A stretch of 64,000 bases of DNA from Actinomycetes bacterium (GCA_021792405.1 JAJYUU010000001.1:21590-85589); one strand, 5' to 3'; shown: positions 21,131-30,913, numbered from the stretch's first letter. Translations and numbers: made by a program. The notes: generated from the letters alone by a model not told the origin.

Positions 21131-21200
21131 ACTCCCTAGCTGGTTGCTGGCTCTCCGCAGCCGATTTGCCCGTTTCGGAGCCAGCAAGCAGCTAGGGAGT
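21131..21200. repeat. Long inverted repeat (23-nt arms, 22/23 complementary, 24-nt spacer) downstream of kynU
   Basis: Left arm actccctagctggttgctggctc (21131-21153). Right arm gagccagcaagcagctagggagt (21178-21200). No clear U-tract follows on either strand. Confidence 0.7.
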
Positions 21201-21223
21201 TGGTTGTGCCGCGCCGCCGGGCA

Positions 21224-21265
21224 GCGGATGGTAGTGCTATGAGGGCGGATGGTAGTGCGATGAGG
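21224..21265. repeat. 21-bp tandem duplication (2 copies, 1 mismatch)
   Basis: gcggatggtagtgcTatgagg (21224-21244) and gcggatggtagtgcGatgagg (21245-21265). Each copy carries ATGAGG. The second ATG (21260) heads the lipid-kinase remnant. Confidence 0.9.
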
Positions 21266-21510
21266 CTGCCGGCCGTTGTCGTCAACCCGATCCGGGTCCG
21301 CGGCGGCCCTGACCGCTGTCGAGAACGGCGCCCAGCTTGTCATCTGCGTCGGCGGCACCGTGCGCGCAGGCGCTAGCCGGGACGAGCGTGCCGCTGGCGA
21401 TCGCGCCGGCTGGCGCGGCGAACCTGGCAGTCAGGGCACTGCGCGTTCCCGCCGGATTGGACGCGGCGCTCGCGGCCGCCTTCGGCGGCCGGGACTTCCG
21501 CCCTACCTGA
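21260..21510 (+). pseudogene. Decayed, truncated diacylglycerol-kinase-family (YegS/BmrU-like) lipid kinase remnant
   Basis: Three frames together read MRLPAVVVNPIRV / AAALTAVENGAQLVICVGG-TVRAGA / TSVPLAIAPAGAANLAVRALRVPAGLDAALAAAFGGRDFRPT*. This follows the order of DAGK catalytic-domain motifs (vvvNP..., GaDlvvvaGGDGTv, vPlgiiPaGTgNdlAR.L.iP.dl..Al). It needs at least 2 frameshifts, has lost the DG of GGDGT, and stops after about 85 aa. Confidence 0.55.
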
Positions 21511-21547
21511 AAGCGCGGGACTGGATCACCATTGCGAAGGAGACCCC

Positions 21548-22336
21548 GTGACCGACCTGGCCACCATCGTGACCTCGCTCGGGCAGTGCTACGACGCCGT
21601 CGAGTCGCTGTGCGGGCGGCTGAGCACTGACCAGTGGCGGGCGCGCTCGCTCTGCCCGGACTGGGACATGCGCGGCGTCATCACGCACCTCGGCATGATG
21701 GAGCGTGTCATGACCGGCTGGCTGCCGGCCAGCGCCGCGGAGACAGCGCCGCTCGACCGGATCGGGCCGTATTTCGAGGAGGTCGCGGCGCTCGACGACA
21801 ACGACTTCGCGGCCCGGATCGCCGACATCTTCACCGCCCGGCGCGCCGATCTGGCCGGTCTCACGGAGCAGGATCTCGAGCGGCCGTCGTGGACGCCGAT
21901 CGGGCCGCGAACCTACGGCGGCTTCCTGGAGATACGGATCTTCGACTTCTGGGTCCACGAGCGCGACATCGCCGCGCCGCTCGGCTGGCCGACCGACGAC
22001 GGCGGCCCGCGCGCCGAAATCGCCCTTGGCCAGGTCGAGAGCTCGCTGGGCTACATCGTGGGGAAGAAGGTAGGGCTTCCGGACGGAGCCAGCATCGTCA
22101 TCCGTCTGACCGGGCCGGTCGTTCGCGAATTGTCGGTGGTCGTGGACGGCCGGGCCAGGGCAGTCGACCACGTCGACCAGCCGGACGTCGAGCTGACCAC
22201 CGACACCGTGACCTTCATTCAGCTCGCGGCCGGGCGCATCGACCCGCAGGCGCAGATCGACGCGGGCAAGGTGAGCTGGACCGGCGACGACGAACTGGGC
22301 AATCTGGCAGCGCGCAACCTCAACTTCACTATCTGA
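21548..22336 (+). CDS. Mycothiol-dependent maleylpyruvate isomerase family (DinB-like N-domain, TIGR03083-type) protein
   Basis: 262 aa. The N-terminus LCGRLSTDQWRARSLCPDWDMRGVITHL is typical of the family, and the C-terminal part is SCP2-like. A good AAGGAG Shine-Dalgarno sequence lies before GTG 21548. Confidence 0.82.
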   Translation: MTDLATIVTSLGQCYDAVESLCGRLSTDQWRARSLCPDWDMRGVITHLGMMERVMTGWLPASAAETAPLDRIGPYFEEVAALDDNDFAARIADIFTARRADLAGLTEQDLERPSWTPIGPRTYGGFLEIRIFDFWVHERDIAAPLGWPTDDGGPRAEIALGQVESSLGYIVGKKVGLPDGASIVIRLTGPVVRELSVVVDGRARAVDHVDQPDVELTTDTVTFIQLAAGRIDPQAQIDAGKVSWTGDDELGNLAARNLNFTI

Positions 22337-22445
22337 CCGGCCGCTTCATCGCGACTCGCCCGGATCTGGCCGGGCCGTGCGGAAGCGGGCGCTATGCCCG
22401 CCGACCGGAGTTCACGCCGGCCGACGGCCGGGACACCAGATCCCG

Positions 22446-24029
22446 CTACTCCCACTCGATGGTGGCCGGCGGCTTGCTGGTGATGTCCAGGACCACCCGG
22501 TTGACCTGCGGCACCTCGTTGGTGATCCGGGTCGAGATCGTGGCCAGCACCTGCTCGGGCAGCCGCGCCCAGTCCGCGGTCATCGCGTCTTCGCTAGTGA
22601 CCGGCCTCAGCACGACGGGATAGCCGTAGCTGCGGCCGTCGCCCTGCACGCCGACGGAGCGGACGTCAGCCAGCAGCACCACCGGGCACTGCCAGATCTG
22701 CCGGTCCAGGCCCGCCGCGGACAGTTCGGCGCGGGCGATCGCGTCCGCCGCCGATACGATCGCCAGCCGGTCGGCCGTCACCTCGCCGACGATCCTGATC
22801 GCCAGGCCAGGCCCGGGGAAGGGCTGCCGCCAGACGATCTCGGCGGGCAGCCCGAGCTCTGCGCCGACCTGGCGTACCTCATCCTTGAACAGGTCGCGGA
22901 GCGGCTCGACGAGCTCGAACTTCAGGTCCTCAGGCAGCCCGCCGACATTGTGATGCGATTTGATGTTGGCGGTACCGGCACCGCCGCCAGATTCGACCAC
23001 ATCCGGGTAGAGCGTGCCCTGGACCAGGAACGTGGCAGCACCGCTCTCGCCCGCTATTTCGCGCGCTGCCTGCTCGAACGCCCGGATGAACTGGCGGCCG
23101 ATGATCTTGCGCTTCCGCTCGGGATCGGCGACCCCGCTCAGCGCGGCGAGGAAGGCGCCGGCCGCGTCCACCACCTTGAGCTCGACGCCGGTCGCAGCGA
23201 CGAAGTCTTTCTCCACCTGCTCGGCTTCGCCAGCTCGCAGCAGCCCGTGGTCGACGAAGACGCAAGTCAGCCGGGAGCCGATGGCCCGCTGGACGAGGGC
23301 GGCGGCGACCGCCGAGTCCACGCCGCCGGAGAGCCCGCAGATCGCGCGCCCGTCGCCCACCTGGGCCGCGATCCGCTCGGTCTGCTCCTCGATGACACCG
23401 CGCATGGTCCAGGTCGGCGCGCAGCCGGCCGCTGCCAGGAAGCCCCGCAGCATCGCCATGCCGTGCTCGGTGTGCAGCACCTCGGGATGGAACTGCATTC
23501 CGTAGAGCCCGCGGTCTGGCGCCTCGGCTGCCGCTACCGGGGTCCCTGCCGTGGCAGCAGTGACACTGAAACCCGGCGGCGCGACCGCGCAGGTGTCCCC
23601 GTGGGACATCCACACACGCTGGGCGGCTGGCAGGCCGGCCAGCAGGACCCCGGAATCAGCGGCGGCGCGAAGCTCGGTTGCCCCGTACTCGCCCGTTCCG
23701 GTATGCACGACCTTGCCGCCGAGATCGCGGACCATGAGCTGGAACCCGTAGCAGATGCCGAGGACCGGGACGCCCGCGGTGAGCAGGCCTGCCGGGGCAG
23801 GCGGAGCGCCCGGTGCGTAGACCGAGGACGGGCCGCCGGACAGGATGATGGCGGACGGGCCGAGGGCCAGCATGTCCTGCGCGTTCATGGAATGTGGCAC
23901 GACCCGCGAGTAGACGTGGCACTCGCGCACCCGCCGCGCGATCAGCTGGGCGTACTGGGCGCCGAAGTCCACGACCAGAACGGGGCCGGTTTCGAGGTCC
24001 CCTGCACCGTCCCGGTTGCCATTGGCCAT
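22446..24029 (-). CDS. guaA: GMP synthase (glutamine-hydrolysing)
   Basis: 527 aa with a GATase domain ([26 protein letters not shown]), the ATP-PPase P-loop [12 protein letters not shown], and the C-terminal PPATIEWE. Confidence 0.97.
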   Translation of the reverse strand: MANGNRDGAGDLETGPVLVVDFGAQYAQLIARRVRECHVYSRVVPHSMNAQDMLALGPSAIILSGGPSSVYAPGAPPAPAGLLTAGVPVLGICYGFQLMVRDLGGKVVHTGTGEYGATELRAAADSGVLLAGLPAAQRVWMSHGDTCAVAPPGFSVTAATAGTPVAAAEAPDRGLYGMQFHPEVLHTEHGMAMLRGFLAAAGCAPTWTMRGVIEEQTERIAAQVGDGRAICGLSGGVDSAVAAALVQRAIGSRLTCVFVDHGLLRAGEAEQVEKDFVAATGVELKVVDAAGAFLAALSGVADPERKRKIIGRQFIRAFEQAAREIAGESGAATFLVQGTLYPDVVESGGGAGTANIKSHHNVGGLPEDLKFELVEPLRDLFKDEVRQVGAELGLPAEIVWRQPFPGPGLAIRIVGEVTADRLAIVSAADAIARAELSAAGLDRQIWQCPVVLLADVRSVGVQGDGRSYGYPVVLRPVTSEDAMTADWARLPEQVLATISTRITNEVPQVNRVVLDITSKPPATIEWE

Positions 24030-24038
24030 GCGAGGAGT

Positions 24039-25355
24039 CTAGTTGGCGCTCGCGGCCGCGCCCGGCTCCTCGTCCACGGCCGGAGCTGCCGGGCTGACCA
24101 GGACCCTGGAGATACGGCGGCCGTCAAGCTGGGTCACCGTCAGCCTCCGGCCGTCTACCTCGGCCGACTCGCCGTTCTCCGGCAAGTGGCCGAGTGCGGC
24201 GAGCAGATAGCCGGCCACCGTCTCATAGGGCCCTTCTGGCAGTTCCAGGCCGGTCTGCTCGGCGAACTCGTCGAGGTTCAGCAAACCGTCGACCTCGAGT
24301 TCGCCGCCGTGAAGCTGCCGGGGATGGCTGGCTTCCTCGTCATACTCGTCCTGGATCTCGCCGATCAGCTCCTCGACCAGGTCCTCCAGCGTGATGATCC
24401 CGGCCGTACCGCCGTACTCGTCCACCACGATCGCCAGGTGCGCGCGGTCCCTGCGCATCTCCGACAATGCGGACAGCACCATCTTGCTGATCGGCAGGAA
24501 CTTGACCGGCCGGCACACCTCACCGACCTGCCGAGAGCCCGCTGCGACGCGGCTGTCCAGCAGGTCCCGGGCGTGCACGAAGCCGATAACGTCGTCGTAG
24601 GACTCCTGGTAAACCGGAAACCGGGAGTAACGGGCGTGCTCGGTGGCAGCGATTGCCTCGGACAACGGCATTGTGGCGGGCAGGAACTCCACCTCAGTGC
24701 GCGGCACTAGCACTTCGCGGATCTGGCGCTTGCCGGCATCGAACACCTCCCCGACTATGTGCCGTTCGTCCGGGCTGAGCGCCTGGTGGCCGGCTACGAG
24801 ATCGCGGAGTTCCTCGTCGGTCATCACGCCACGGGCCTCGGCGGGGTCGCCGCCGAGCAGCCTGACGACCAGGTTCGTCGACCTGGTCAGCAGCCAGACC
24901 AGCGGCCTGGCTAGGATCGCCAGCCGGTCAACGGCCGGCGCTACCACCAGTGCGACCCGCTCGTTCCGCTGCAGTGCCAGCCGCTTCGGCGCGAGTTCGC
25001 CGAAGACCAGGGTGAAGAACGAGATGATCAGCGTCACCGCGATCAGGGCCACCGGGCCGGCCGCGTCGCGCGGCATCAAGTGGGCGAGCTTGGCGCCGAG
25101 CCGGTCGGAGAGCAACGCCGCGCCGAATGCGCCGGACAGCAGCGTCGCTACGGTGACGCCAATCTGCACCGAGGACAGGAACCTGTTCGGATCCTGAGCC
25201 AGCCGTGCAGTGCGCTGCCCGCGCTTGCCGCGTCTGCCGAGCGAGCGGACTTGCCCTTCCCGCAGCGACACCAGCGCCATCTCGGCGGCCGCGAAGAACC
25301 CGCCGATCAAGATCACGGCGAGGACGAGGAGAATATCCCAGCCGACGCCATTCAC
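24039..25355 (-). CDS. CNNM/TlyC-type hemolysin-family protein (DUF21-CBS pair-CorC_HlyC)
   Basis: 438 aa. The N-terminal TM region contains FFAAAEMALVSL, followed by a CBS pair and the C-terminal VDGLLNLDEF...TVAGYLL transporter-associated domain. It lies 9 nt upstream of guaA on the same strand. Confidence 0.88.
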   Translation of the reverse strand: MNGVGWDILLVLAVILIGGFFAAAEMALVSLREGQVRSLGRRGKRGQRTARLAQDPNRFLSSVQIGVTVATLLSGAFGAALLSDRLGAKLAHLMPRDAAGPVALIAVTLIISFFTLVFGELAPKRLALQRNERVALVVAPAVDRLAILARPLVWLLTRSTNLVVRLLGGDPAEARGVMTDEELRDLVAGHQALSPDERHIVGEVFDAGKRQIREVLVPRTEVEFLPATMPLSEAIAATEHARYSRFPVYQESYDDVIGFVHARDLLDSRVAAGSRQVGEVCRPVKFLPISKMVLSALSEMRRDRAHLAIVVDEYGGTAGIITLEDLVEELIGEIQDEYDEEASHPRQLHGGELEVDGLLNLDEFAEQTGLELPEGPYETVAGYLLAALGHLPENGESAEVDGRRLTVTQLDGRRISRVLVSPAAPAVDEEPGAAASAN

Positions 25356-25465
25356 GTCCGGATCCCCGACCCTCGTCCATGCGGCTCGCGCGCAGCTGCC
25401 GTCCCCCGCCGCTGGCAGCAGCCGTAACTCGGCCGCGCGGTAGTTTGCAACAGTCTATGCAGTCT

Positions 25466-25510
25466 GCCCGCTGCAGCGGGCCGTACTCGCCTAGCCTGTC
25501 CAGGCTAGGC
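25466..25510. promoter_or_regulatory. Two adjacent perfect palindromes in a divergent intergenic region
   Basis: gcccgctgcagcgggc (25466-25481, a perfect 16-bp palindrome) and gcctagcctg-tc-caggctaggc (25489-25510, perfect 10-bp arms). They lie between the CNNM gene start (25355) and the M20 gene start (25602). Confidence 0.35.
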
Positions 25511-25601
25511 TGGCCCGCCCTCCTTGCAACGGGTGCTTTGCGGCCTATCTCAGTATCGTGGGCTGTGACCAGGGTCATCCCGTGAAAGGACAGGTGGGCA
25601 C

Positions 25602-26813
25602 GTGGCCGATGTACAGGATGAGGCCGTCGCGATCGCGGCTGAGCTGGCCGAACTGCGCCGGGCCATCCACGCCGAGCCGGAGATCGGCCTCGACTTGCCG
25701 CGCACCCAGCGCAAGGTGCTGGATGCCCTGGCCGGGCTGCCGCTGGAGATCAGCCTGGGCACGAGCCTGAGCTCGGTCACTGCCGTGCTGCGCGGCGGCA
25801 AGCCCGGCAAGACCGTGCTGCTGCGGGCCGATATGGACGCGCTGCCGGTCACCGAGCGGTCCGGCGTACCGTTCTCCTCCAGGATTGACGGCGCGATGCA
25901 CGCCTGCGGGCATGATCTGCACACCGCGATGCTGTGCGGCGCAGCGCGGTTGCTGTCGGCGCGCGCGGGCGACCTGCCCGGAAACGTCATCTTCATGTTC
26001 CAGCCGGGTGAAGAGGGACCGGGCGGCGGCCGGATCATGGTGTCCGAAGGCGTGCTCGACGCGGCCGGCGACCGGCCGGTCGCGGCCTACGCCCTGCACG
26101 TGGCCTCCGGCTTGCTGCCCTTCGGGCTGTTCGCCAGCCGCGCGGGTACCGTCATGGCGGCCGCCGACACCCTGCACGTCACGGTACACGGCCGCGGCGG
26201 GCACGGCTCACAGCCGCACCGCGCGGCCGACCCGGTACCGGTCGCCTGCGAGATCGTGCTGGCACTGCAGACGATGGTGACCCGGCAGTTCGACGTGTTC
26301 GATCCGGTCGTGCTGACCGTGGGCGCGTTCCACGCCGGCACGACCGACAATGTGATCCCGGATGACGCCAGCTTCGTGGCCACGGTCCGCTCGTTCTCCC
26401 CGCACGCCAGGGTGGCCATCCAGGCGGCAGCTCCGAGGGTGGCACTGCAGATCGCGGCCGCGCACGGCCTGACGGCGACGGCTGAGTTCCGCGACGGGTA
26501 TCCGGTAACGGTCAACGACGCCGCCGAACTGGCCTTCGCCGAGGAGACCGTGGCCGACCTTCTCGGCGACGGCCGGTACCTCGCCGCGCCTAACCCGCTG
26601 ACCGGTTCTGAGGACTTTTCGTACGTGCTGGAGCAGGTGCCCGGTGCGTTCCTGATGCTCGGCGCGTGCCCGGCGGGCACCGATCCGGGCACTGCCCCGT
26701 TCAATCACTCTGCCGAGGCCGTGTTCGACGATACGGTGCTGCCGGTCGGCACGGCGTTGTATGCCGCACTGGCGCTGCAGCGCCTGGCTCAGGCAGCAGA
26801 AGGGTTGCGGTAA
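25602..26813 (+). CDS. M20D-family amidohydrolase (N-acyl-L-amino acid amidohydrolase/hippurate hydrolase-like)
   Basis: 403 aa with AIHAEPEIGL, LRADMDALP, HACGHD and GEEGPGG motifs. Confidence 0.88.
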   Translation: MADVQDEAVAIAAELAELRRAIHAEPEIGLDLPRTQRKVLDALAGLPLEISLGTSLSSVTAVLRGGKPGKTVLLRADMDALPVTERSGVPFSSRIDGAMHACGHDLHTAMLCGAARLLSARAGDLPGNVIFMFQPGEEGPGGGRIMVSEGVLDAAGDRPVAAYALHVASGLLPFGLFASRAGTVMAAADTLHVTVHGRGGHGSQPHRAADPVPVACEIVLALQTMVTRQFDVFDPVVLTVGAFHAGTTDNVIPDDASFVATVRSFSPHARVAIQAAAPRVALQIAAAHGLTATAEFRDGYPVTVNDAAELAFAEETVADLLGDGRYLAAPNPLTGSEDFSYVLEQVPGAFLMLGACPAGTDPGTAPFNHSAEAVFDDTVLPVGTALYAALALQRLAQAAEGLR

Positions 26814-26825
26814 CCGCGGCCGCTG

Positions 26826-27782
26826 CTAGAGACTGGCGACGTCAGCCTGCTTGGCGCGGACGGCCTCGGCGGCCTCGTGCAGCGAGGCACGCTCGGATTC
26901 GGTCAGGTCACGCTCCACGACGCGCTTGACGCCGCCAGCCCCTAGCTCGGCCTCGACGCCGAGGTAGACGCCGGAGATGCCGTACTGACCATCGACCCAG
27001 GCGCAGACCGGCATTATCGTGCCAGAGTCCACGGCTACTGCCCTGGCCATCCGGGCGGCGGCGGCGGACGGCGCGTAGTAGGCAGAGCCGGTCTTCAGCA
27101 GCGCGACGATCTCGGCGCCGCCACCCCTAGTGCGCTCGACCAGTTGCTCAATGTCCGCGGCCGGCATCAGTTCCGCGAGCGGCTTGCCGTTGACCGAGCA
27201 AGCCGATGGCACTGGCACCATCGTGTCGCCATGCGAGCCGAGCGTGAGCGTCTGCACGGACCCGACCGGGACGCCGAGCCGGTCCGCCACGAAGTAGCTG
27301 AACCGGGCGGTGTCGAGCATGCCGGCCTGGCCTATGACGCGGTGCGGCGGGAATCCGGACACCTTCGCCGCTAGCGCCGTCATCTCGTCCAGCGGGTTGG
27401 AGACGACGATAAGGACGGCATCGGGCGCGTGCTTGAGCACCTGCTCGGTAACGTTGCGGACGATCTTCGCGTTGACCCCGATCAGGTCCATGCGGCTCAT
27501 GCCGGGCTTTCGGGGCAGGCCAGCGGTGATCACGACTATCCCGGAGCCGGCGATGGCCTCGTAGCCCTCGCCCGCCGGCCCGGTGGTCTGACCGGTGACC
27601 TTCGTCTCAAAGCCCTCGATCGGCCGCGACTGGCTTATGTCGAGGGCCAGGCCCTCCGGCTTGCCGTCGACGATGTCCGTCAGTACGACCTCATCGAAGA
27701 TGTCGTACTCAGCCAGCCGCTGCGCGGTCGTCGATCCGTAGAAGCCGGCGCCGACAACCGTTACCTTCCCTGTGCGGGCCAT
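26826..27782 (-). CDS. mdh: Malate dehydrogenase (LDH-like type)
   Basis: 318 aa with KVTVVGAGFYGSTTA Rossmann, ITAGLPRKPGMSR, and the catalytic GSHGD region. Confidence 0.95.
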   Translation of the reverse strand: MARTGKVTVVGAGFYGSTTAQRLAEYDIFDEVVLTDIVDGKPEGLALDISQSRPIEGFETKVTGQTTGPAGEGYEAIAGSGIVVITAGLPRKPGMSRMDLIGVNAKIVRNVTEQVLKHAPDAVLIVVSNPLDEMTALAAKVSGFPPHRVIGQAGMLDTARFSYFVADRLGVPVGSVQTLTLGSHGDTMVPVPSACSVNGKPLAELMPAADIEQLVERTRGGGAEIVALLKTGSAYYAPSAAAARMARAVAVDSGTIMPVCAWVDGQYGISGVYLGVEAELGAGGVKRVVERDLTESERASLHEAAEAVRAKQADVASL

Positions 27783-27847
27783 TGAAGTTATCTCCTTGCA
27801 TACTGCGTTCGCGGATAGAGGGTCGTGCCGGAGGTCCGGCCTCGGGG

Positions 27848-29071
27848 TCAGGACGCAGCCATCGCGACGCGGAGGTTCTCGTCCAGGGCAGCGAGAAACT
27901 CCTCGGTCGTCAGGAACGGCGTGCCCTCGCCTACCAGCAGCGCCAGGTCCTTGGTCATCTTGCCGCTCTCCACGGTCTCCACGCAGACCCGCTCCAGCGT
28001 TTCGGCGAACCGGCTGACCTCGGGCGTACCGTCGAGCTTGCCGCGGTGCGACAGCCCTCTGGTCCAGGCGAAGATCGACGCGATCGGGTTCGTCGAGGTT
28101 GGCTTACCCTGCTGGTGCTGCCGGTAATGCCTGGTTACCGTGCCGTGCGCGGCCTCCGCCTCGACCGTCCTGCCGTCCGGTGTCATCAGCACGCTCGTCA
28201 TCAGGCCAAGCGAGCCGAAGCCCTGGGCGACGATGTCGGACTCGACGTCGCCGTCGTAGTTCTTGCAAGCCCAGACGATGCCGCCGTGGCCCTTGATGAC
28301 CTGGGCAACCATGTCATCGATCAGCCGGTGCTCGTAGGTAATGCCGGCCGCCTCGAACTCGGCCTTGAACTCGGTCTCGAAGACCTCGGCGAACACGTCC
28401 TTGAACCGGCCGTCGTAGGCCTTCAGGATCGTGTTCTTCGTAGACAGATAGAGCGGGAATCCGCGGTCGAGCGCGAACCGCATCGTCGCCCTGGCGAAAT
28501 CCCGGATCGAATCGTCGAAGTTGTACATCCCCATTGCCACGCCGCTTCCGCTGAACTCGGCGATGTCGAAGTCCAGCGGCGCGGTGCTGCCATCGGCCGG
28601 CACGAACGAGATCTTGACCGAGCCGGGGCCCGGCACCACGAAATCGGTCGCCCGGTACTGGTCCCCATGGGCGTGCCTGCCGATCACGATCGGGTCGGTC
28701 CAGCCAGGGACGAACCGCGGGATGGTGGACACCACGATCGGCTCGCGGAACACCACGCCGCCGAGGATGTTCCTGATCGTGCCGTTCGGCGACCGCCACA
28801 TCCGCTTGAGGCCGAACTCGCTGACCCGCCCTTCGTCGGGCGTGATCGTCGCGCACTTGACGCCCACGCCGTGCCGCTTAATGGCATTCGCCGCGTCAAT
28901 GGTGACCTGGTCATCGGTCGCGTCGCGATGCTGAACGGACAGGTCGTAATACTCCAGATCGATATCCAGGTAAGGCAAGATCAGTCGATCCTTGATGAAC
29001 TTCCAGATGATCCGGGTCATCTCATCGCCGTCGATCTCAACGACGGGGTTTAGCACCTTGATCTTTGACAT
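27848..29071 (-). CDS. icd: NADP-dependent isocitrate dehydrogenase (eukaryote-like homodimeric type)
   Basis: About 407 aa from [44 protein letters not shown], which is highly characteristic. ATG 29069-29071 is preferred to the ORF-track start 29089. Confidence 0.95.
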   Translation of the reverse strand: MSKIKVLNPVVEIDGDEMTRIIWKFIKDRLILPYLDIDLEYYDLSVQHRDATDDQVTIDAANAIKRHGVGVKCATITPDEGRVSEFGLKRMWRSPNGTIRNILGGVVFREPIVVSTIPRFVPGWTDPIVIGRHAHGDQYRATDFVVPGPGSVKISFVPADGSTAPLDFDIAEFSGSGVAMGMYNFDDSIRDFARATMRFALDRGFPLYLSTKNTILKAYDGRFKDVFAEVFETEFKAEFEAAGITYEHRLIDDMVAQVIKGHGGIVWACKNYDGDVESDIVAQGFGSLGLMTSVLMTPDGRTVEAEAAHGTVTRHYRQHQQGKPTSTNPIASIFAWTRGLSHRGKLDGTPEVSRFAETLERVCVETVESGKMTKDLALLVGEGTPFLTTEEFLAALDENLRVAMAAS

Positions 29072-29195
29072 GCAGTTGCGTCCCTTCATCGCGACGGCTT
29101 CATTACCGTCACGAACCCTGGCCGGGCCCTAGCCTGCCCGGTGTTCCGTCCTGCCCGGCATCCCGTCTTCCGCTGGTGCCCGATCGCCGCGATCA

Positions 29196-29609
29196 TCAGC
29201 TGGTGACCACCGCAAACAACCCCGCGACCAGAAGGCCGGCGCCGAGCGCGCCCAGCACGGCGACGTCGGCTAGCCGCCGCCGGGACGCAAGCATTCCTGC
29301 CCTGCCGTCCGGTAGCACCAGCCTCATCAACGACCCTGCCAGCAGGGCGCCGGCTATTACCAAAGTACCGCTCTTTACCGCCTGCCCACCGCCGCGAGCG
29401 GTCGCCAGGCCGGCCACCAGGCCGGCCAGCACAAGGCAGTACGGAAGCTGAGTCAGCCAGCGCCGGCCGCCGGCAGGCTGATGCGCGAGGTTCGGCGCCG
29501 CGGCGTCCGCTCGGAGGGACGGACCGGCGCCGGCCTTGAGGCGGCGAGCGGCACCCTTGGCCTTACGGGCGCCCGCCCTGGCCGAATGCTTCACGGCAGC
29601 GTGCTTCAC
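29196..29609 (-). CDS. Small membrane protein, DUF3017-like
   Basis: The C-terminal half has three hydrophobic helices with the LMRLVLPDGRAGMLASRRR motif I associate with DUF3017. The candidate GTG start (29607-29609) overlaps the citrate synthase stop (GTGA). The ORF-track start 29714 would overlap that gene by 100 nt. Confidence 0.6.
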   Translation of the reverse strand: MKHAAVKHSARAGARKAKGAARRLKAGAGPSLRADAAAPNLAHQPAGGRRWLTQLPYCLVLAGLVAGLATARGGGQAVKSGTLVIAGALLAGSLMRLVLPDGRAGMLASRRRLADVAVLGALGAGLLVAGLFAVVTS

Positions 29610-30745
29610 CGGGCATCGAGCGGTGCCCAGTGCAGGCCGCGCTCCCCGATGTACTCGCTGTCCGGCCGGATAAGCCGGTTGTCGGCATGCTGCTCGATCA
29701 CGTGCGCCGTCCACCCGGCCATCCGGCTTGCAGAGAAGACCGGCGTGAACAAGTCGGTCGGAATGCCGAGGTAGTGATAGACCGTAGCGGCGAAGAAGTC
29801 GACATTCGGGAACAGTCCCCGCTCCGCGAGCACGACCTCTTCCATCCGGCGGGACATCCGGTAATAGGTGTCGTCGCCGCTCGCGGCCGCCAGCTCAGCC
29901 GACATCCTGCGCAACTGGGTGGCCCGCGGGTCCTCGGTCTTGTAGACCCGGTGCCCGAACCCCATGATCTTCTCACCCCGCGCGAGCCGCCCGCTGACCT
30001 CGCTGCTCACCGCGTCCAGCGGATCGCCGCCTGCCTGCCTGATGGCCTCGAGCCCGCGCATGACCTGCTCGTTGGCTCCGCCATGCAGCGGCCCGGACAG
30101 AGTCCCGATGGCGGCGACCACGGCCGAGTGCATGTCGGCCAGCGTTGCCGCGCACACCCGGGCGGCGAAGGTCGATGCGTTCATGGTGTGGTCGGCGTGC
30201 AGCACCAGGCAGGCGTCGAGTATCTCGGCCGCCCGCGGCTCCGGCTGCTCGCCGGTCAGCTGAAGCAGGAAGTTGGCAGCCGTGCCCAGGGCGGGATCGG
30301 CCGGCGTCAGGTCCAGGCCGCGGCGAGCCGCGTGGTAGGCGGCGATCAGCACCGGCTGCTGGGCGGTCAGGCGGGCCGCCTTGCGCAGGTTCGCGGCGGG
30401 CTCGTTGGACTCGGCGTCCGGATCGTCGGAGCTGGCCAGCGACACGAGGCTGCGGAGCGCTTCCATGGGCCGCTGATGGCGGGCGATCACCGGCAGGTCA
30501 GCGGCAGCCAGCAGGCCGGTCTGCCGGCCCGCGATTAGCTCGGCACGGTAGCCGTCTACTTCGCCGCGATCCGGGGCATGACCGCGCTGCAGCAAGAAGG
30601 CGATCTCTTCGAAGGAGGCGCTGCCAGCCAGCTCGTGAATGTCGTAGCCGCGATAGAACAGCAGCCCGCCGCGACCGTCGATATCACTCAGCGCGGTAGC
30701 AGCGGCGACAACGTCTGCCAGGCCCGAAGACGGCGCCTCAGCCAT
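29606..30745 (-). CDS. Citrate synthase family protein (CitA / 2-methylcitrate synthase-like, short type)
   Basis: About 379 aa from MAEAPSSGLADVV. It contains LLFYRGYDIHELA, LVLHADH, GPLHGGA and GFGHRVYKTEDPR catalytic motifs. Confidence 0.9.
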   Translation of the reverse strand: MAEAPSSGLADVVAAATALSDIDGRGGLLFYRGYDIHELAGSASFEEIAFLLQRGHAPDRGEVDGYRAELIAGRQTGLLAAADLPVIARHQRPMEALRSLVSLASSDDPDAESNEPAANLRKAARLTAQQPVLIAAYHAARRGLDLTPADPALGTAANFLLQLTGEQPEPRAAEILDACLVLHADHTMNASTFAARVCAATLADMHSAVVAAIGTLSGPLHGGANEQVMRGLEAIRQAGGDPLDAVSSEVSGRLARGEKIMGFGHRVYKTEDPRATQLRRMSAELAAASGDDTYYRMSRRMEEVVLAERGLFPNVDFFAATVYHYLGIPTDLFTPVFSASRMAGWTAHVIEQHADNRLIRPDSEYIGERGLHWAPLDAR

Positions 30746-30913
30746 GTGTCCTCCTCGCACACTGCCCGCTGGGCAGTTTACTTGGGTGCCCCGGCTTCTC
30801 CCGACTTGCCCTGAGGCAGGCCGGCTTTACCGTCCGCCGGCATGGATACGGCAAGAGCTGGGTAACCCTGAGGTGACACCTCACTAGCTGGCCGGACACG
30901 CCGGAGGAACGTC

